Source of the DNA: Actinomycetes bacterium
Lineage (GTDB): Bacteria; Actinomycetota; Thermoleophilia; RBG-16-64-13
Direction: 5' to 3'
DNA length: 64,000 nucleotides
Assembly: GCA_024637035.1 (NCBI GenBank)
Contig: JAGXFW010000008.1
Span: 79,981-143,980 of the forward strand
Shown: positions 53,309 through 62,428 of the stretch, piece after piece
Numbering within the stretch: position 1 is the stretch's first letter
Layout: each line of letters begins with the position of its first letter
Notes under the pieces: model-generated
Told to the model about the DNA's origin: nothing
What the model saw: only the letters and a program-made list of their open reading frames with translations
The model's database searches: none
Program-made: the position numbers and the translations under genes

Positions 53309-53697
53309 GCGGATCGAACCCTGCTCTCCGCGACGACATAGATCGCGTGTTTACCCCAGCGGTGAGCCGAGTGGTAGAAACCCTCGACCGCCTGGAGGCC
53401 ATCGCCAAACACGGCACCGGGGATCAGTCTCCGCACGGTCGCAAAGGCGGCGGCAAGGGGCCGGAGGAGAAAGATCCCAAGAAGCGCCCGAAGGGCGCGC
53501 CTCAAGGTGCCGACCGAGAGATGAAGGTTCGCTACGCGAGGGCGCGGACGCAACTGCGGAAGGATCTCCTGGAGATCGACAGGCTCTCGACACCGCCGGC
53601 GGACGGCAAACTAGCTGGCGAGCACGTCGGGAAGATAGAGGAAGCGCAGCTCCGTGCAGGCGAGCTGATCGCCTTCATGAGAGGCGAGATGGACTGA
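53305..53697 (+). CDS. Hypothetical head-module protein, paralogue A
   Basis: Contains AKHGTGDQSPHGRKGGG. Its C-terminal GEHVGKIEEAQLRAGELIAFMRGE parallels the next gene. Confidence 0.55.
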   Translation: MSGSNPALRDDIDRVFTPAVSRVVETLDRLEAIAKHGTGDQSPHGRKGGGKGPEEKDPKKRPKGAPQGADREMKVRYARARTQLRKDLLEIDRLSTPPADGKLAGEHVGKIEEAQLRAGELIAFMRGEMD

Positions 53698-54173
53698 TGA
53701 GCAAGGCATCCGACAGAGAGGTTCTACGCTCGGCCACTTGGGAGTCCTTCGGTCCGGCGGTGGAGGCGATCTCCGCCGCTCTTGATCGAGTAGAGTCCGT
53801 GGCCAAGCACGGCTCCGGCGACCAGAGCCCGCACGGTCGGAGGGGTGGAGGCAACCCCGGCGGCACCACTCCGGCCGATCACGGCCGCCAGGCTGCGCGG
53901 GCGGACGACAAAGCCCGTGCCTCCGCCGAGAAGAACCCTATCGAAGCCCGGCGAGCCAGGAGGGCTGATTCCCAGGCGCGCAACGCTGCGAAAGCTACTG
54001 CGGCCTACAAAGAGGCACAAGCCGCAGTCCAGGCGGACATCACAGAACTCGCCAAGATCGTCGGAAAGCCGATGCCCGGCGGCCCGTTGGATTGGGGCCA
54101 CGTCGGGAACATGGTGGAGGCGCGTCGGCAGGTGGCCGAGCTGCTGAGGTTCCTCCGTGGCGACGAGGAGTAG
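53697..54173 (+). CDS. Hypothetical head-module protein, paralogue B
   Basis: Contains AKHGSGDQSPHGRRGGG. C-terminal GHVGNMVEARRQVAELLRFLRGDEE. Confidence 0.55.
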   Translation: MSKASDREVLRSATWESFGPAVEAISAALDRVESVAKHGSGDQSPHGRRGGGNPGGTTPADHGRQAARADDKARASAEKNPIEARRARRADSQARNAAKATAAYKEAQAAVQADITELAKIVGKPMPGGPLDWGHVGNMVEARRQVAELLRFLRGDEE

Positions 54174-54228
54174 CTGGCCAAAGGACGCCAACCGCCGGTG
54201 AGTTCGCCGGGAAGCCATAGGACGCAGG

Positions 54229-54250
54229 AAGGGCCCTCCGGGGCCTTTTC
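54229..54250 (+). terminator. Terminator-like hairpin upstream of the protease gene
   Basis: AAGGGCCC, loop TCCG, GGGCCTTT, followed by TC. Confidence 0.45.
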
Positions 54251-54265
54251 CATTGGAGGTGAGTA

Positions 54266-55297
54266 ATGGCCAAGCTAGTCGGCTCCTACGAGAGCCGCAT
54301 GCGCGCACAGGATGCCGCCGCGCGAGAGCTGAGCCGGACCATGCGGACGCCCGCGCTGAGTCCCGCCGAGGACGCAGCAGACTTCTACGTCGACGAGCAC
54401 CACGAGGATCACGTCGTCGTGCGTGACTACAAGAACAACAAGTTCTACCGGGTGCCGTGCAGCTTCGCCAAGGACGGCACGGCCACCTTGGACACGGAGG
54501 CCATGACCGAAGTGCAGCAGGTCTATGCCGAGGTCACAAAAGACTTCCGCTTCTTGGTCCCCGTGGAGAAGGCCGCAAGTGCCCGCCGCATCACCTACGG
54601 CGTCGTCCTCGAGCCGGACACCGAGGACCTCCAAGGCGACGTCATGAAGGCCGAGGACATCGAACTCTCCGCCCACGCCTGGATGGAGGAGTCGCAGGTC
54701 GGCGGCGAGATGCACACCGAGATCGTCAAGGGCGCCTTCGTGGTGGAGTCCTTCCTCGCCCCCGCGGACTTCGACGTGGATACGGCCGAGGGCACGGAGA
54801 CGGTCAAGAAGGGCTCCTGGGTTCTCGCCATGCGCTGGCCCGAGGAGATCTGGAAGCGCATCGAGGGCGGCGAGCTCACCGGCTACTCGGTGGGCGGCCA
54901 GGGTGTGCGGCTGGACGCGGAAGATGTGGCGAAGCACGCCAGCCACGATCAGAGCACCCACGGGAGCCGCACCCTGCACGGGCGCTCCGAGGACAGCGGG
55001 CGGACCCACACCACCCGCGACGGCGCGAAGGTCGAAGAGAAGATGAAGGTCAAGCGGGTGGACAACGGGGAGCGCTTGGTCGGCTCGAACGGCGTGGAGA
55101 TAGACCTTCGGAACTCCATGTTCGCGAACGGCCAGAAGGCACCCAAGCTCACAGAGGGGGCGTCCTGGGCCGTGCACCCCACGTCGGGAGGCCGGGCCGA
55201 TCGCTCCACCGACAAGATCATCTGGAGCAGGGCCAACACAACCCTGGCGGACTTCATGGCCTCGCTGCCCCCAGGCGAATATGAACTGGCGACCTGA
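54266..55297 (+). CDS. XkdF-like (S78-type) prohead protease with a C-terminal extension
   Basis: ITYGVVLEPDTEDLQGDVM...HAWMEE...GSWVL...GELTGYSVGG resembles the XkdF family. Lies upstream of scaffold and capsid genes. Confidence 0.65.
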   Translation: MAKLVGSYESRMRAQDAAARELSRTMRTPALSPAEDAADFYVDEHHEDHVVVRDYKNNKFYRVPCSFAKDGTATLDTEAMTEVQQVYAEVTKDFRFLVPVEKAASARRITYGVVLEPDTEDLQGDVMKAEDIELSAHAWMEESQVGGEMHTEIVKGAFVVESFLAPADFDVDTAEGTETVKKGSWVLAMRWPEEIWKRIEGGELTGYSVGGQGVRLDAEDVAKHASHDQSTHGSRTLHGRSEDSGRTHTTRDGAKVEEKMKVKRVDNGERLVGSNGVEIDLRNSMFANGQKAPKLTEGASWAVHPTSGGRADRSTDKIIWSRANTTLADFMASLPPGEYELAT

Positions 55298-55310
55298 GAG
55301 GAGACGGGCC

Positions 55311-55883
55311 ATGGCGAAGCGACTCACGATGCTCCGCGTTGACGAGGTCAGCGTGGTGGACAAAGCCGCCAACGGGAAGCGCTTCTTGATCCTGAAGCGC
55401 GCGGACGAAGCACCGAATCCTGACGACGACGCGACCGACGGCGGAGTCCGCGGTTGGGTCAAGAGCGCCATACAGAAAGCGGCCGGAATCTCCGGCCCAG
55501 AGAACGGAGGTTCAGACATGACGGCCGAGGAAATCAAGAAAGCGGTGGCCGAGGCGGCCGAGGAAGCCCTCGCTCCGATCCTGGAGCGCGTCGACAAGCT
55601 CGAAGACCTCTTCGAGGAAGAGCCCGTCGTCGATCCCGCAACCCCCGTCGCCAAAGGTGGCGAGGAGCCCGAGGGCGAGCCCGCCACCGAGCTGACCGCG
55701 GAGGCCGTCACCAAGTTGGTCACCGACGCCGTTACTGCGGCCGTGGACCCGATCACCAAGCGCCTGGAGACGGTGGAAGGCGCCGCCGGTGCGCGTCAGT
55801 CCGTCACTCCCGAAGGCGCCCACCAGGTTCTGAAGGCCGACGGGACCCGCTCCTGGGAAGGCTCCAAGATCTTCACAGGGTAG
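55311..55883 (+). CDS. Scaffolding protein
   Basis: Acidic, helical, Ala/Glu-rich. Sits between the protease and the major capsid gene. Confidence 0.6.
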   Translation: MAKRLTMLRVDEVSVVDKAANGKRFLILKRADEAPNPDDDATDGGVRGWVKSAIQKAAGISGPENGGSDMTAEEIKKAVAEAAEEALAPILERVDKLEDLFEEEPVVDPATPVAKGGEEPEGEPATELTAEAVTKLVTDAVTAAVDPITKRLETVEGAAGARQSVTPEGAHQVLKADGTRSWEGSKIFTG

Positions 55884-55964
55884 TCACGAGTAGCACCCCC
55901 AGGTCCTGCCTGAAGGGCCCTATCCCCCAAGCAAGTCCACCCCAGCGAAAGCGAGGTTTACGCC

Positions 55965-56903
55965 ATGGATCCTGTCCAGGCCGTCCAGTCCATCCAGAAG
56001 CTCATCAACAGCGAGGTGACCTATGGTCTCCTCTCTCCGGAGCAGGTGCAGCAGTTCTACGTCCAGATCTACGAGCAGATCCCCTTCTCCGCGATGCACC
56101 GCAAGGAGAAGCGGTCGGCCAAGACCGGCGAGCTCGACAAGATCGCGGTCGGCAGCCGGCTCCTGCGCGCCAAGACCGAAGGCCCGACCGGGGACGACGG
56201 CTACCGCGTGACTCCGACGTTCGCGCGGGTGCCCTACACCTGCGTGCGCATCAAGCTCCCCTGGGAGGTCTCCGAGGATGTCTTCCACGACAACATCGAG
56301 GGCGAGAACCTCGAGGACAAGCTCATGGGCATGCTGACCACGCAGCTCGCGATCGACCTCGAGGATCTGCATTGGAACGCCGACAGCGCCGACGCCGGCG
56401 CGGACGCCGCCTTCCTCACACTGAACGAGGGTTGGTGGAAGCAGCTGGTCGCCGGGGCGAATGTGGTCGCGGGTGCAGCCATCAACGGCGGCGCCATCGA
56501 GAAGGGCCACTTCTTCGCGGCCTACAAGGCGATGCCCGACAAGTACGTGGCCCGCGGCACTCTCAAGTGGTGCATGAACGCCGCCACGCAGATCGCCTGG
56601 ATCGAGGCGGTTTCCAACCGGGCGACGGGTGCCGGCGATATGGCCCTGCTCGGCGTGGACGCGGTGAACAGTCCCTTCGGTATCCCGGTCGTGAAGGTGC
56701 CGTCGCTGGCCGACGGTAAGATCGCGCTGCTCGATCCCATGAACTTGGCTGCGGTTAACACGTGGGACGTGCGGATCCGGAAGGCCGCCGAGGGCAAGTC
56801 GTCCGTCATGAACGACATGCGGTACTACTCGGTGTTCCTCGACGACGACCCGGTGATCGAGGAGCTCGACGCCACGGTCATCGTCACCGGCGTGACCATC
56901 TGA
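55965..56903 (+). CDS. Major capsid protein (HK97 fold)
   Basis: Size, position and capsid-like sequence (LPWEVSEDVFHDNIEGENL, LAIDLEDLHWN). Confidence 0.8.
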   Translation: MDPVQAVQSIQKLINSEVTYGLLSPEQVQQFYVQIYEQIPFSAMHRKEKRSAKTGELDKIAVGSRLLRAKTEGPTGDDGYRVTPTFARVPYTCVRIKLPWEVSEDVFHDNIEGENLEDKLMGMLTTQLAIDLEDLHWNADSADAGADAAFLTLNEGWWKQLVAGANVVAGAAINGGAIEKGHFFAAYKAMPDKYVARGTLKWCMNAATQIAWIEAVSNRATGAGDMALLGVDAVNSPFGIPVVKVPSLADGKIALLDPMNLAAVNTWDVRIRKAAEGKSSVMNDMRYYSVFLDDDPVIEELDATVIVTGVTI

Positions 56904-56921
56904 GAGTAACCCCCCTCCAGT

Positions 56922-56957
56922 GGCCGGGCCCGGCCAAGTTGCACGCCGGGCCCGGCG
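56922..56957 (+). terminator. Twin GC palindromes after the capsid gene
   Basis: GGCCGGGCCCGGCC (56922-56935) and CGCCGGGCCCGGCG (56944-56957). Confidence 0.4.
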
Positions 56958-56990
56958 TCCACACACCCGCATATTCTTTTGGGAGGACAG

Positions 56991-57473
56991 ATGGCGAAAG
57001 CCGACTTCAAGAACAAGAAAGCTGCAGCCGCAGAGGCTGCGGAGGCCGCGATTGCCGAGGAGGCCGTAGAGGCCGAAGTCGAGGTCGCGGAAGACGAGGA
57101 ACCAATCGAGCAGCCAGTTCCGTCCGGCTGGGGAGACACGGATGCACCGCCCGATCCGGCCGTCGTCGAAGCTGCCGCAGTCGCGGTAGCCACGAAGACC
57201 CGCACGGCCGCAGCCACGCGCGAGTACGTGGTGCTGGACGGCCCGGCGAGCTATGGACCGGTGACCATCGACGGACAAACCCAGCGCGTCAAGAAGGGCG
57301 TGCTCTACCACATTCCCGGCGCCGAGGAGCGGGCCGACGTGCTGGCCACCGGCGTCTTCCGGGGAGCGAACGGCGAGGACCTGAAGAGGGCGGGCTACGG
57401 CTCCGCAGGCGCAGGTGGAACACTCACCGTCGCCCACATCCCCCCGGGCGGGCGCAAGGGCGGTCTTCGCTAG
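56991..57473 (+). CDS. Hypothetical head-associated protein
   Basis: ATG after GGGAGGA. Ala/Glu-rich N-terminal half. Confidence 0.5.
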   Translation: MAKADFKNKKAAAAEAAEAAIAEEAVEAEVEVAEDEEPIEQPVPSGWGDTDAPPDPAVVEAAAVAVATKTRTAAATREYVVLDGPASYGPVTIDGQTQRVKKGVLYHIPGAEERADVLATGVFRGANGEDLKRAGYGSAGAGGTLTVAHIPPGGRKGGLR

Positions 57474-57542
57474 AGTCCTCCCGAGAACGTAAGATTCCCC
57501 CGCCGGAACGGCGGTGCGAAACGAGAGAGAGGTTGATGCCAC

Positions 57543-58037
57543 ATGAGCAAACTCCAGCTCTTGGGTGCGGGGTTCGTTGGTACCCCGCAGACCCAGGACA
57601 TCATCAATGCGCTTGTCATGCAGTCGCAGGCCCTGAGCGGACAGCGGACGCTCGTGCTGACGGCCGTGCCGGCGGCGGCTGCCAGTTCTGCTGCGGTAGT
57701 GACGGCGGCTGCAGTGGGTACCATCAAGAAGACGATCGTTCTCACGTTTGCTGACGCGGCCGGGAACGTGCACACGTGGATCAACGGGTCCCCGGTCACG
57801 CTCACGCCGACCGAGGTCGTTACCGACGTTGACGTTGCCGCGCCGGCCCTCGACGACACGACTCCTCTCTTCACCAACGGAGTCGCTACTGTCGTCGCCA
57901 CCTACGACACCAATGCCGGGGCGACCAAAGGTTATGTCTCGGGTGACAAGGTCGGCTTCACGGCGGCGTGCGCGGCAATCGCGGGCCTCACGGCTACCGA
58001 GACGAACGCGGACTTCCTCGACACGATGGTGGCCTAA
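57543..58037 (+). CDS. Hypothetical structural protein (Ig-like / decoration candidate)
   Basis: Beta-rich, Thr/Ala/Val-rich composition. Lies after the capsid gene. Confidence 0.5.
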   Translation: MSKLQLLGAGFVGTPQTQDIINALVMQSQALSGQRTLVLTAVPAAAASSAAVVTAAAVGTIKKTIVLTFADAAGNVHTWINGSPVTLTPTEVVTDVDVAAPALDDTTPLFTNGVATVVATYDTNAGATKGYVSGDKVGFTAACAAIAGLTATETNADFLDTMVA

Positions 58038-58046
58038 GCCGGCGCC

Positions 58047-58682
58047 ATGGCCCTCCAGATCCTCACTCTAGCCGATATGAAAGCGCATTCGTCTCTGGCC
58101 GAGGTGCAGGCGCTGACCGACTCGACGCTCGAGCTGCTGGAGGCACAGGGGCTCGATCTGCTCGAGGCCGAGGTGGGCCGACGGCTCACGCTGGACGGAG
58201 TGGACAGTGCCGTCGTCGCGTACGGCGACGGCCTGTCCCTGCTCCGGCTTCCCGAACGGCTCGGCACCCTCACCACCGTCGTCTCCGAGACTCTCGGCGA
58301 CGTCACGTCCTCGTGCGTGCTGCTGGCCGACGGCTGGCTGATGAAGGCCCGCGTGTCCGTGGGATTCGTCTTCGAACCAGACGCGCCCGCGTACACATTC
58401 AGCGAGGGCGTGGCAGTCACCATCACCGGCAAGTGGGGCCTCGCCTGTCCCGCTCGAGCACAGCGCGTACTCATGGACTTGGTTGAGGCTCTGGCTGTGC
58501 GCAAGGGCAACGAGGTGTCTCGCCGCGACGAGGTCATGCCGTGGGGCGCAGTGTCCGACGGAGGCCTCCAGGCGTCGCGGGACTCCGGGCACCGAGAGGC
58601 CACCCTTGAGAACCTGCTCCGCTACGACGTGAAGGCCCGCCTCCGCGGGCTCTATCGTCCGGCCAGAGTGGTCGCGGTCTGA
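58047..58682 (+). CDS. Head-tail connector (gp6-like) candidate
   Basis: The LTLADMKAHSSL N-terminus resembles the gp6-like adaptor family. Gene order. Confidence 0.5.
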   Translation: MALQILTLADMKAHSSLAEVQALTDSTLELLEAQGLDLLEAEVGRRLTLDGVDSAVVAYGDGLSLLRLPERLGTLTTVVSETLGDVTSSCVLLADGWLMKARVSVGFVFEPDAPAYTFSEGVAVTITGKWGLACPARAQRVLMDLVEALAVRKGNEVSRRDEVMPWGAVSDGGLQASRDSGHREATLENLLRYDVKARLRGLYRPARVVAV

Positions 58683-59017
58683 TGTTCGACCTGGTGGTCG
58701 ACCTCTACGCGATCTCGGAGAGCACGGTCAACGCCGCGCCCGGGGAGAGCGCGACTCTGCTGGCCGCCAACGTCCCTGCGCAATTCCTGCGCACCAGTGG
58801 CAACACCCGCTACCTCGCCGCCGGAGTCGGTGTGGTGCTGGACGCACGCATGGCGCTCACCACCACCGCAAACCTGACGGAGAAAGCGGAAGTCCGGAAC
58901 GTGCGGACGCGCGAGGGCGCGGCGGTGCCCCATCAGCCCGCGGCCTACCGAGTGCTCTTCGTGAACCCCAGCCGGCGCGGCTTCCACACCGAGCTGGATC
59001 TACAGGCGGTCCGCTAG
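58682..59017 (+). CDS. Head closure / adaptor candidate
   Basis: Gene order and size (111 aa). ATGA-type overlap upstream. Confidence 0.4.
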   Translation: MFDLVVDLYAISESTVNAAPGESATLLAANVPAQFLRTSGNTRYLAAGVGVVLDARMALTTTANLTEKAEVRNVRTREGAAVPHQPAAYRVLFVNPSRRGFHTELDLQAVR

Positions 59018-59610
59018 TGCCCGGCTACTCCATGCCCCAGAAGTTCAACATCGGAATCACGCTGGACTTGGAAACGGTAGCCACTCCACAAGCGATGGAG
59101 AGGCTGCTGGCGTTCTTTCGAGAGGAGTACGCCCTGGCTGGGGACGACATAGGCCAACACGTCCAAAGTCGTGTCCAAGACATCATCGAGAACACCCACG
59201 ACATGGTCAGTGAGGGCACCCTGCTGAACTCGATCACCTGGGCCTCGGCCATGATCGGTTCCGTGCTCCAGGTGTTGGTGGGGACCAACCTCCCCTACGC
59301 CAAGTACAAGGAATTCGGGACGATTCCCCATTTCGTGCCCTTCCACATGGCGAAGTCGCTCTACAACCAGGCGAAGAACCAGTGGGGCTGGGTGGATCCC
59401 CCTGGGCGCTCCGCCTACGAGGCAGACGAGAAGGGGCGCGTCTGGCTGGCGCCGGCCGCCGGCGCGCGACCCACATGGGGAGTGTTCGTCACCGGCGAGA
59501 GAAAGCCCTTCCTGTTCCCCGGCTGGGTGGCCTCCATCGAGTACATCGAGACTCGGATGCAGGACGCCAGCAACCGCGCCGTCGCTCGTTTCTCCGGAGG
59601 TGCCGCCTGA
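59017..59610 (+). CDS. HK97 gp10-like neck protein
   Basis: LPYAKYKEFGT motif typical of the gp10 family. Confidence 0.55.
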   Translation: MPGYSMPQKFNIGITLDLETVATPQAMERLLAFFREEYALAGDDIGQHVQSRVQDIIENTHDMVSEGTLLNSITWASAMIGSVLQVLVGTNLPYAKYKEFGTIPHFVPFHMAKSLYNQAKNQWGWVDPPGRSAYEADEKGRVWLAPAAGARPTWGVFVTGERKPFLFPGWVASIEYIETRMQDASNRAVARFSGGAA

Positions 59611-60059
59611 TGCCCACGTATACCTGGCCACACGCGCACCTCTCACATGCGCTGGCGGATTACCTGAAACTGGCGACCAGCGCTCAGGGCCGCGTCACCA
59701 CCGAGATCCCGCGGACCCGCACCTACCCCCTCCTGGTGGCACAGGAGGCCGGCCTGGGCCGCCTGGGCACGGATGCGGCTATTCAGGCGGATGAGGTGCG
59801 ACTGCAGGTCGACGCGTGGGCGCAAACGAAGCTCGCGGCGGTCGCCTTGGCCGCTCAGGTCTTCCGGCTGCTGGACGCACGCTTCTCTGGAGCCCTCAAG
59901 AACACCACGCTCCTCACTGAGGACGAGGCCGCAGCCGGCGAGTTCTACCAGACCAAGGTGGAGCGGATCGCTCGCAGCGGCGGGGGCGACCCCTTCTTCG
60001 ACGAGTACGCGCACGTGTGGCGAGTACCCGCCTTCTATAATGTGAAAGTGAACCTCTGA
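59610..60059 (+). CDS. Tail terminator candidate
   Basis: Gene order. ATG 59610 overlaps the upstream TGA. Confidence 0.4.
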   Translation: MPTYTWPHAHLSHALADYLKLATSAQGRVTTEIPRTRTYPLLVAQEAGLGRLGTDAAIQADEVRLQVDAWAQTKLAAVALAAQVFRLLDARFSGALKNTTLLTEDEAAAGEFYQTKVERIARSGGGDPFFDEYAHVWRVPAFYNVKVNL

Positions 60060-60418
60060 TGGCTGAGATTCAGCTTACCGACGGTGCGATCGTTGTCACG
60101 ATCTACGAGACGCCAGAGGAGCGCTCCAGCTCTCCGCGGCCGCTGGATGTCCTGCACACTACCGCCGGAGACCCGATCGTCTATGAGCGCCGGGCGGGGC
60201 TCCGGGAGGTCCCTGTATCGGGGCGCCTCCTATCCTCCGCCGACGTCACCCGCATAGAGACGTGGACGGCCGCGGACACACTCCTCACCCTGATCGAGCG
60301 CGACGGAACCTCCGACCCGGGGTGGCGGATCAAACCGGGGCCCCCGCCGCGTATCAAGCGCAAAGATGGGGACTCGCCCGACTGGTTGGTCACAATGCGT
60401 CTGTGGAGGATACCGTGA
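60059..60418 (+). CDS. Possible (unusually small) tail tube protein
   Basis: It is the only ORF between the neck genes and the chaperone. 119 aa. Confidence 0.3.
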   Translation: MAEIQLTDGAIVVTIYETPEERSSSPRPLDVLHTTAGDPIVYERRAGLREVPVSGRLLSSADVTRIETWTAADTLLTLIERDGTSDPGWRIKPGPPPRIKRKDGDSPDWLVTMRLWRIP

Positions 60419-60795
60419 GAGAGTTGAAGGTAACGCCGGAAGGCATGGTAGGTATCTGGGTCGGTCCTCTCCGATATTCACTCTACTATTCGGTGGTGGG
60501 TAACAAATCGTGGGCCGAACACCAAGATGTGACCTTCTCCGAAATCCTGAACAGTGGGTGGAGCCCGTCTGCCCTAGAGAAGGAAGACCTGGGCGCGTTG
60601 CTCTTGATCGGGCTCGCAGGTGGAGAGCTCCGTCGACACCTGTGCAGCGGTAGCGAGAGCTACACGGTCGACCAGGACCTGGTGGATCAGATCTTCGGGC
60701 GCTACCACATCACGGAAATCTCCGGAGCGATTCTAACCGCCTGGAACCAAGCGGCGGTGCCCAAGGACCCTCCGATGCCCCCGGAGACCGAATAG
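60415..60795 (+). CDS. Tail assembly chaperone (G-like)
   Basis: Lies directly upstream of the tape measure gene. A -1 frame extension follows. Confidence 0.55.
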   Translation: MRELKVTPEGMVGIWVGPLRYSLYYSVVGNKSWAEHQDVTFSEILNSGWSPSALEKEDLGALLLIGLAGGELRRHLCSGSESYTVDQDLVDQIFGRYHITEISGAILTAWNQAAVPKDPPMPPETE

Positions 60796-60950
60796 CCTGG
60801 GGGCAGATCGTTCGGCTGGCCCTCTATCTGGGTCTGAGCTACAAAGATCTGTCGTATGTGTCCCTGGGGGAGCTTACCGAGATGGTTGAGGACGACAACG
60901 ACGAGGTCGTGTCGACTGGGGTCAGGGACGACGCTTTCTTTACCCTATAA
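60796..60950 (+). CDS. -1 frame extension of the tail assembly chaperone (GT-like product)
   Basis: The -1 frame is open from at least 60720 to TAA 60948-60950. It reads WGQIVRLALYLGLSYKDLSYVSLGELTEMVEDD. Confidence 0.45.
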
Positions 60951-60964
60951 CTAGAGGGGTTTTG

Positions 60965-62419
60965 ATGACCGACGGGTTTGATCTTCAGGGCAAGCTCCGA
61001 ATTGATCTTACGGAGCTTGACGAGATACCGGAGAGGACCGAGACCGCCGTATCGGCCGCCGATGGTCAGACTATCGAAGTCACTACCGTGGTCAACGACG
61101 CTCAGGCGACGAAGTCTTTTGCCGACACAGAGCGCAAAATAGCAACACTCGACTCCACCATTGCCACACCGAAGATTCGAGTGGACGCATCCCAAGGCCA
61201 TGAGGCACTGAATCAATTCAAGACTGAATTTCGCGCTTCGATAGCTGAGATGGATGCCGATCTGCTGGCTCTCCGGATCAGGACGGGGGCGCTTCCTCAG
61301 GATGCGACCCTTGAGACCATGCGTGAGTATGACACTCCCGGGGCTGGTACGGATAGGGCCGCGGCGGCTGCCAGTGCTGCGACACGGTCCAAGTATCTCG
61401 CTATGGGGGCAGCAATCGGAGTGCCACTTGCCCTAATGGCTGCTAAGGGGATCGCACAGGCGACGGTCCCGATGGCACAAGAGAAAGCCAAGGTCGAATC
61501 TGCAGTGACGAGGCGGTTCGGGGTCTCACAGGGTAGTGACTTCATCATCGCGTCCGAGAAGCTGGCTGAGGCTACCGGCTTCCTGTCTACCGACTTCCAA
61601 AGGGCCGCAATGGAAGGTAAGACACTGGCGGCTTTCTCTGATGACGCTGCGCGGGCAACGGCCCTGCAATCCGCAGCACTGAAGACCCTTCTACCACTCG
61701 CGGCCGACGTCGCCGCTACCTCTCCGGACAAGGCCCTCCAGACAGTCGCTGGTGCGTTCCGGGCGATGAAGAGTGCGATAACGGGCAGCGCGGCGGCATC
61801 GGAGAGTCTCGGGATCGATCTGAGTGATGGCTATATGGCTACTCGCGCATTCGGGGGAGCCCTCCGTAGCACCTGGAGCGCGCTCTCCGACACGGAGAAG
61901 GCCCAGCTACGCTATCAGGAGATGCTCAGTCAGACGAAGGACATCATGGGAGAGGCCGGAGACGAAAACTCTCTGGAGTTCCAAACGCGGAAGCTTAACG
62001 ATCAATTGGGTGAGCTTGCTATTGCAGTGGGGGAACAGCTTCTGGAACCTTTGAAATCATTCGTCAAATTGATCAGAGATCTGGTCGATGCGATTCCCGA
62101 TTGGATGCCGAAGGCTGTTGCGCTTGCCGTTAAGGGGCAGGAGGGTGGCGGTTGGCCTGTTCGCCCCATTACGAAATTTATGAAGGCTGTTGTAGATCTT
62201 CCTGGTCCGCGTTTGGTACAACCCAAGGCAGAGAGACAGGGCACTCCATTCGAAAATGCACGCGCCGGGGCGGTGGCCGATCCGTCTATCCGTCCTGGTT
62301 ATTACCCACTGAGGGAAGACGCGGTCATGCCGCCGATCAAGATCAGCCTCAACGTGCGCAAGGAACCCGGTACCACGGTCAATCTCGACGGTGCCAGCTA
62401 TGCACCGTCAAACACTTAG
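60965..62419 (+). CDS. Tape measure protein (short, ~484 aa)
   Basis: Helical, Ala-rich, with a central hydrophobic segment. Lies after the chaperone pair. Confidence 0.7.
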   Translation: MTDGFDLQGKLRIDLTELDEIPERTETAVSAADGQTIEVTTVVNDAQATKSFADTERKIATLDSTIATPKIRVDASQGHEALNQFKTEFRASIAEMDADLLALRIRTGALPQDATLETMREYDTPGAGTDRAAAAASAATRSKYLAMGAAIGVPLALMAAKGIAQATVPMAQEKAKVESAVTRRFGVSQGSDFIIASEKLAEATGFLSTDFQRAAMEGKTLAAFSDDAARATALQSAALKTLLPLAADVAATSPDKALQTVAGAFRAMKSAITGSAAASESLGIDLSDGYMATRAFGGALRSTWSALSDTEKAQLRYQEMLSQTKDIMGEAGDENSLEFQTRKLNDQLGELAIAVGEQLLEPLKSFVKLIRDLVDAIPDWMPKAVALAVKGQEGGGWPVRPITKFMKAVVDLPGPRLVQPKAERQGTPFENARAGAVADPSIRPGYYPLREDAVMPPIKISLNVRKEPGTTVNLDGASYAPSNT

Positions 62420-62428
62420 GAGGAACAC

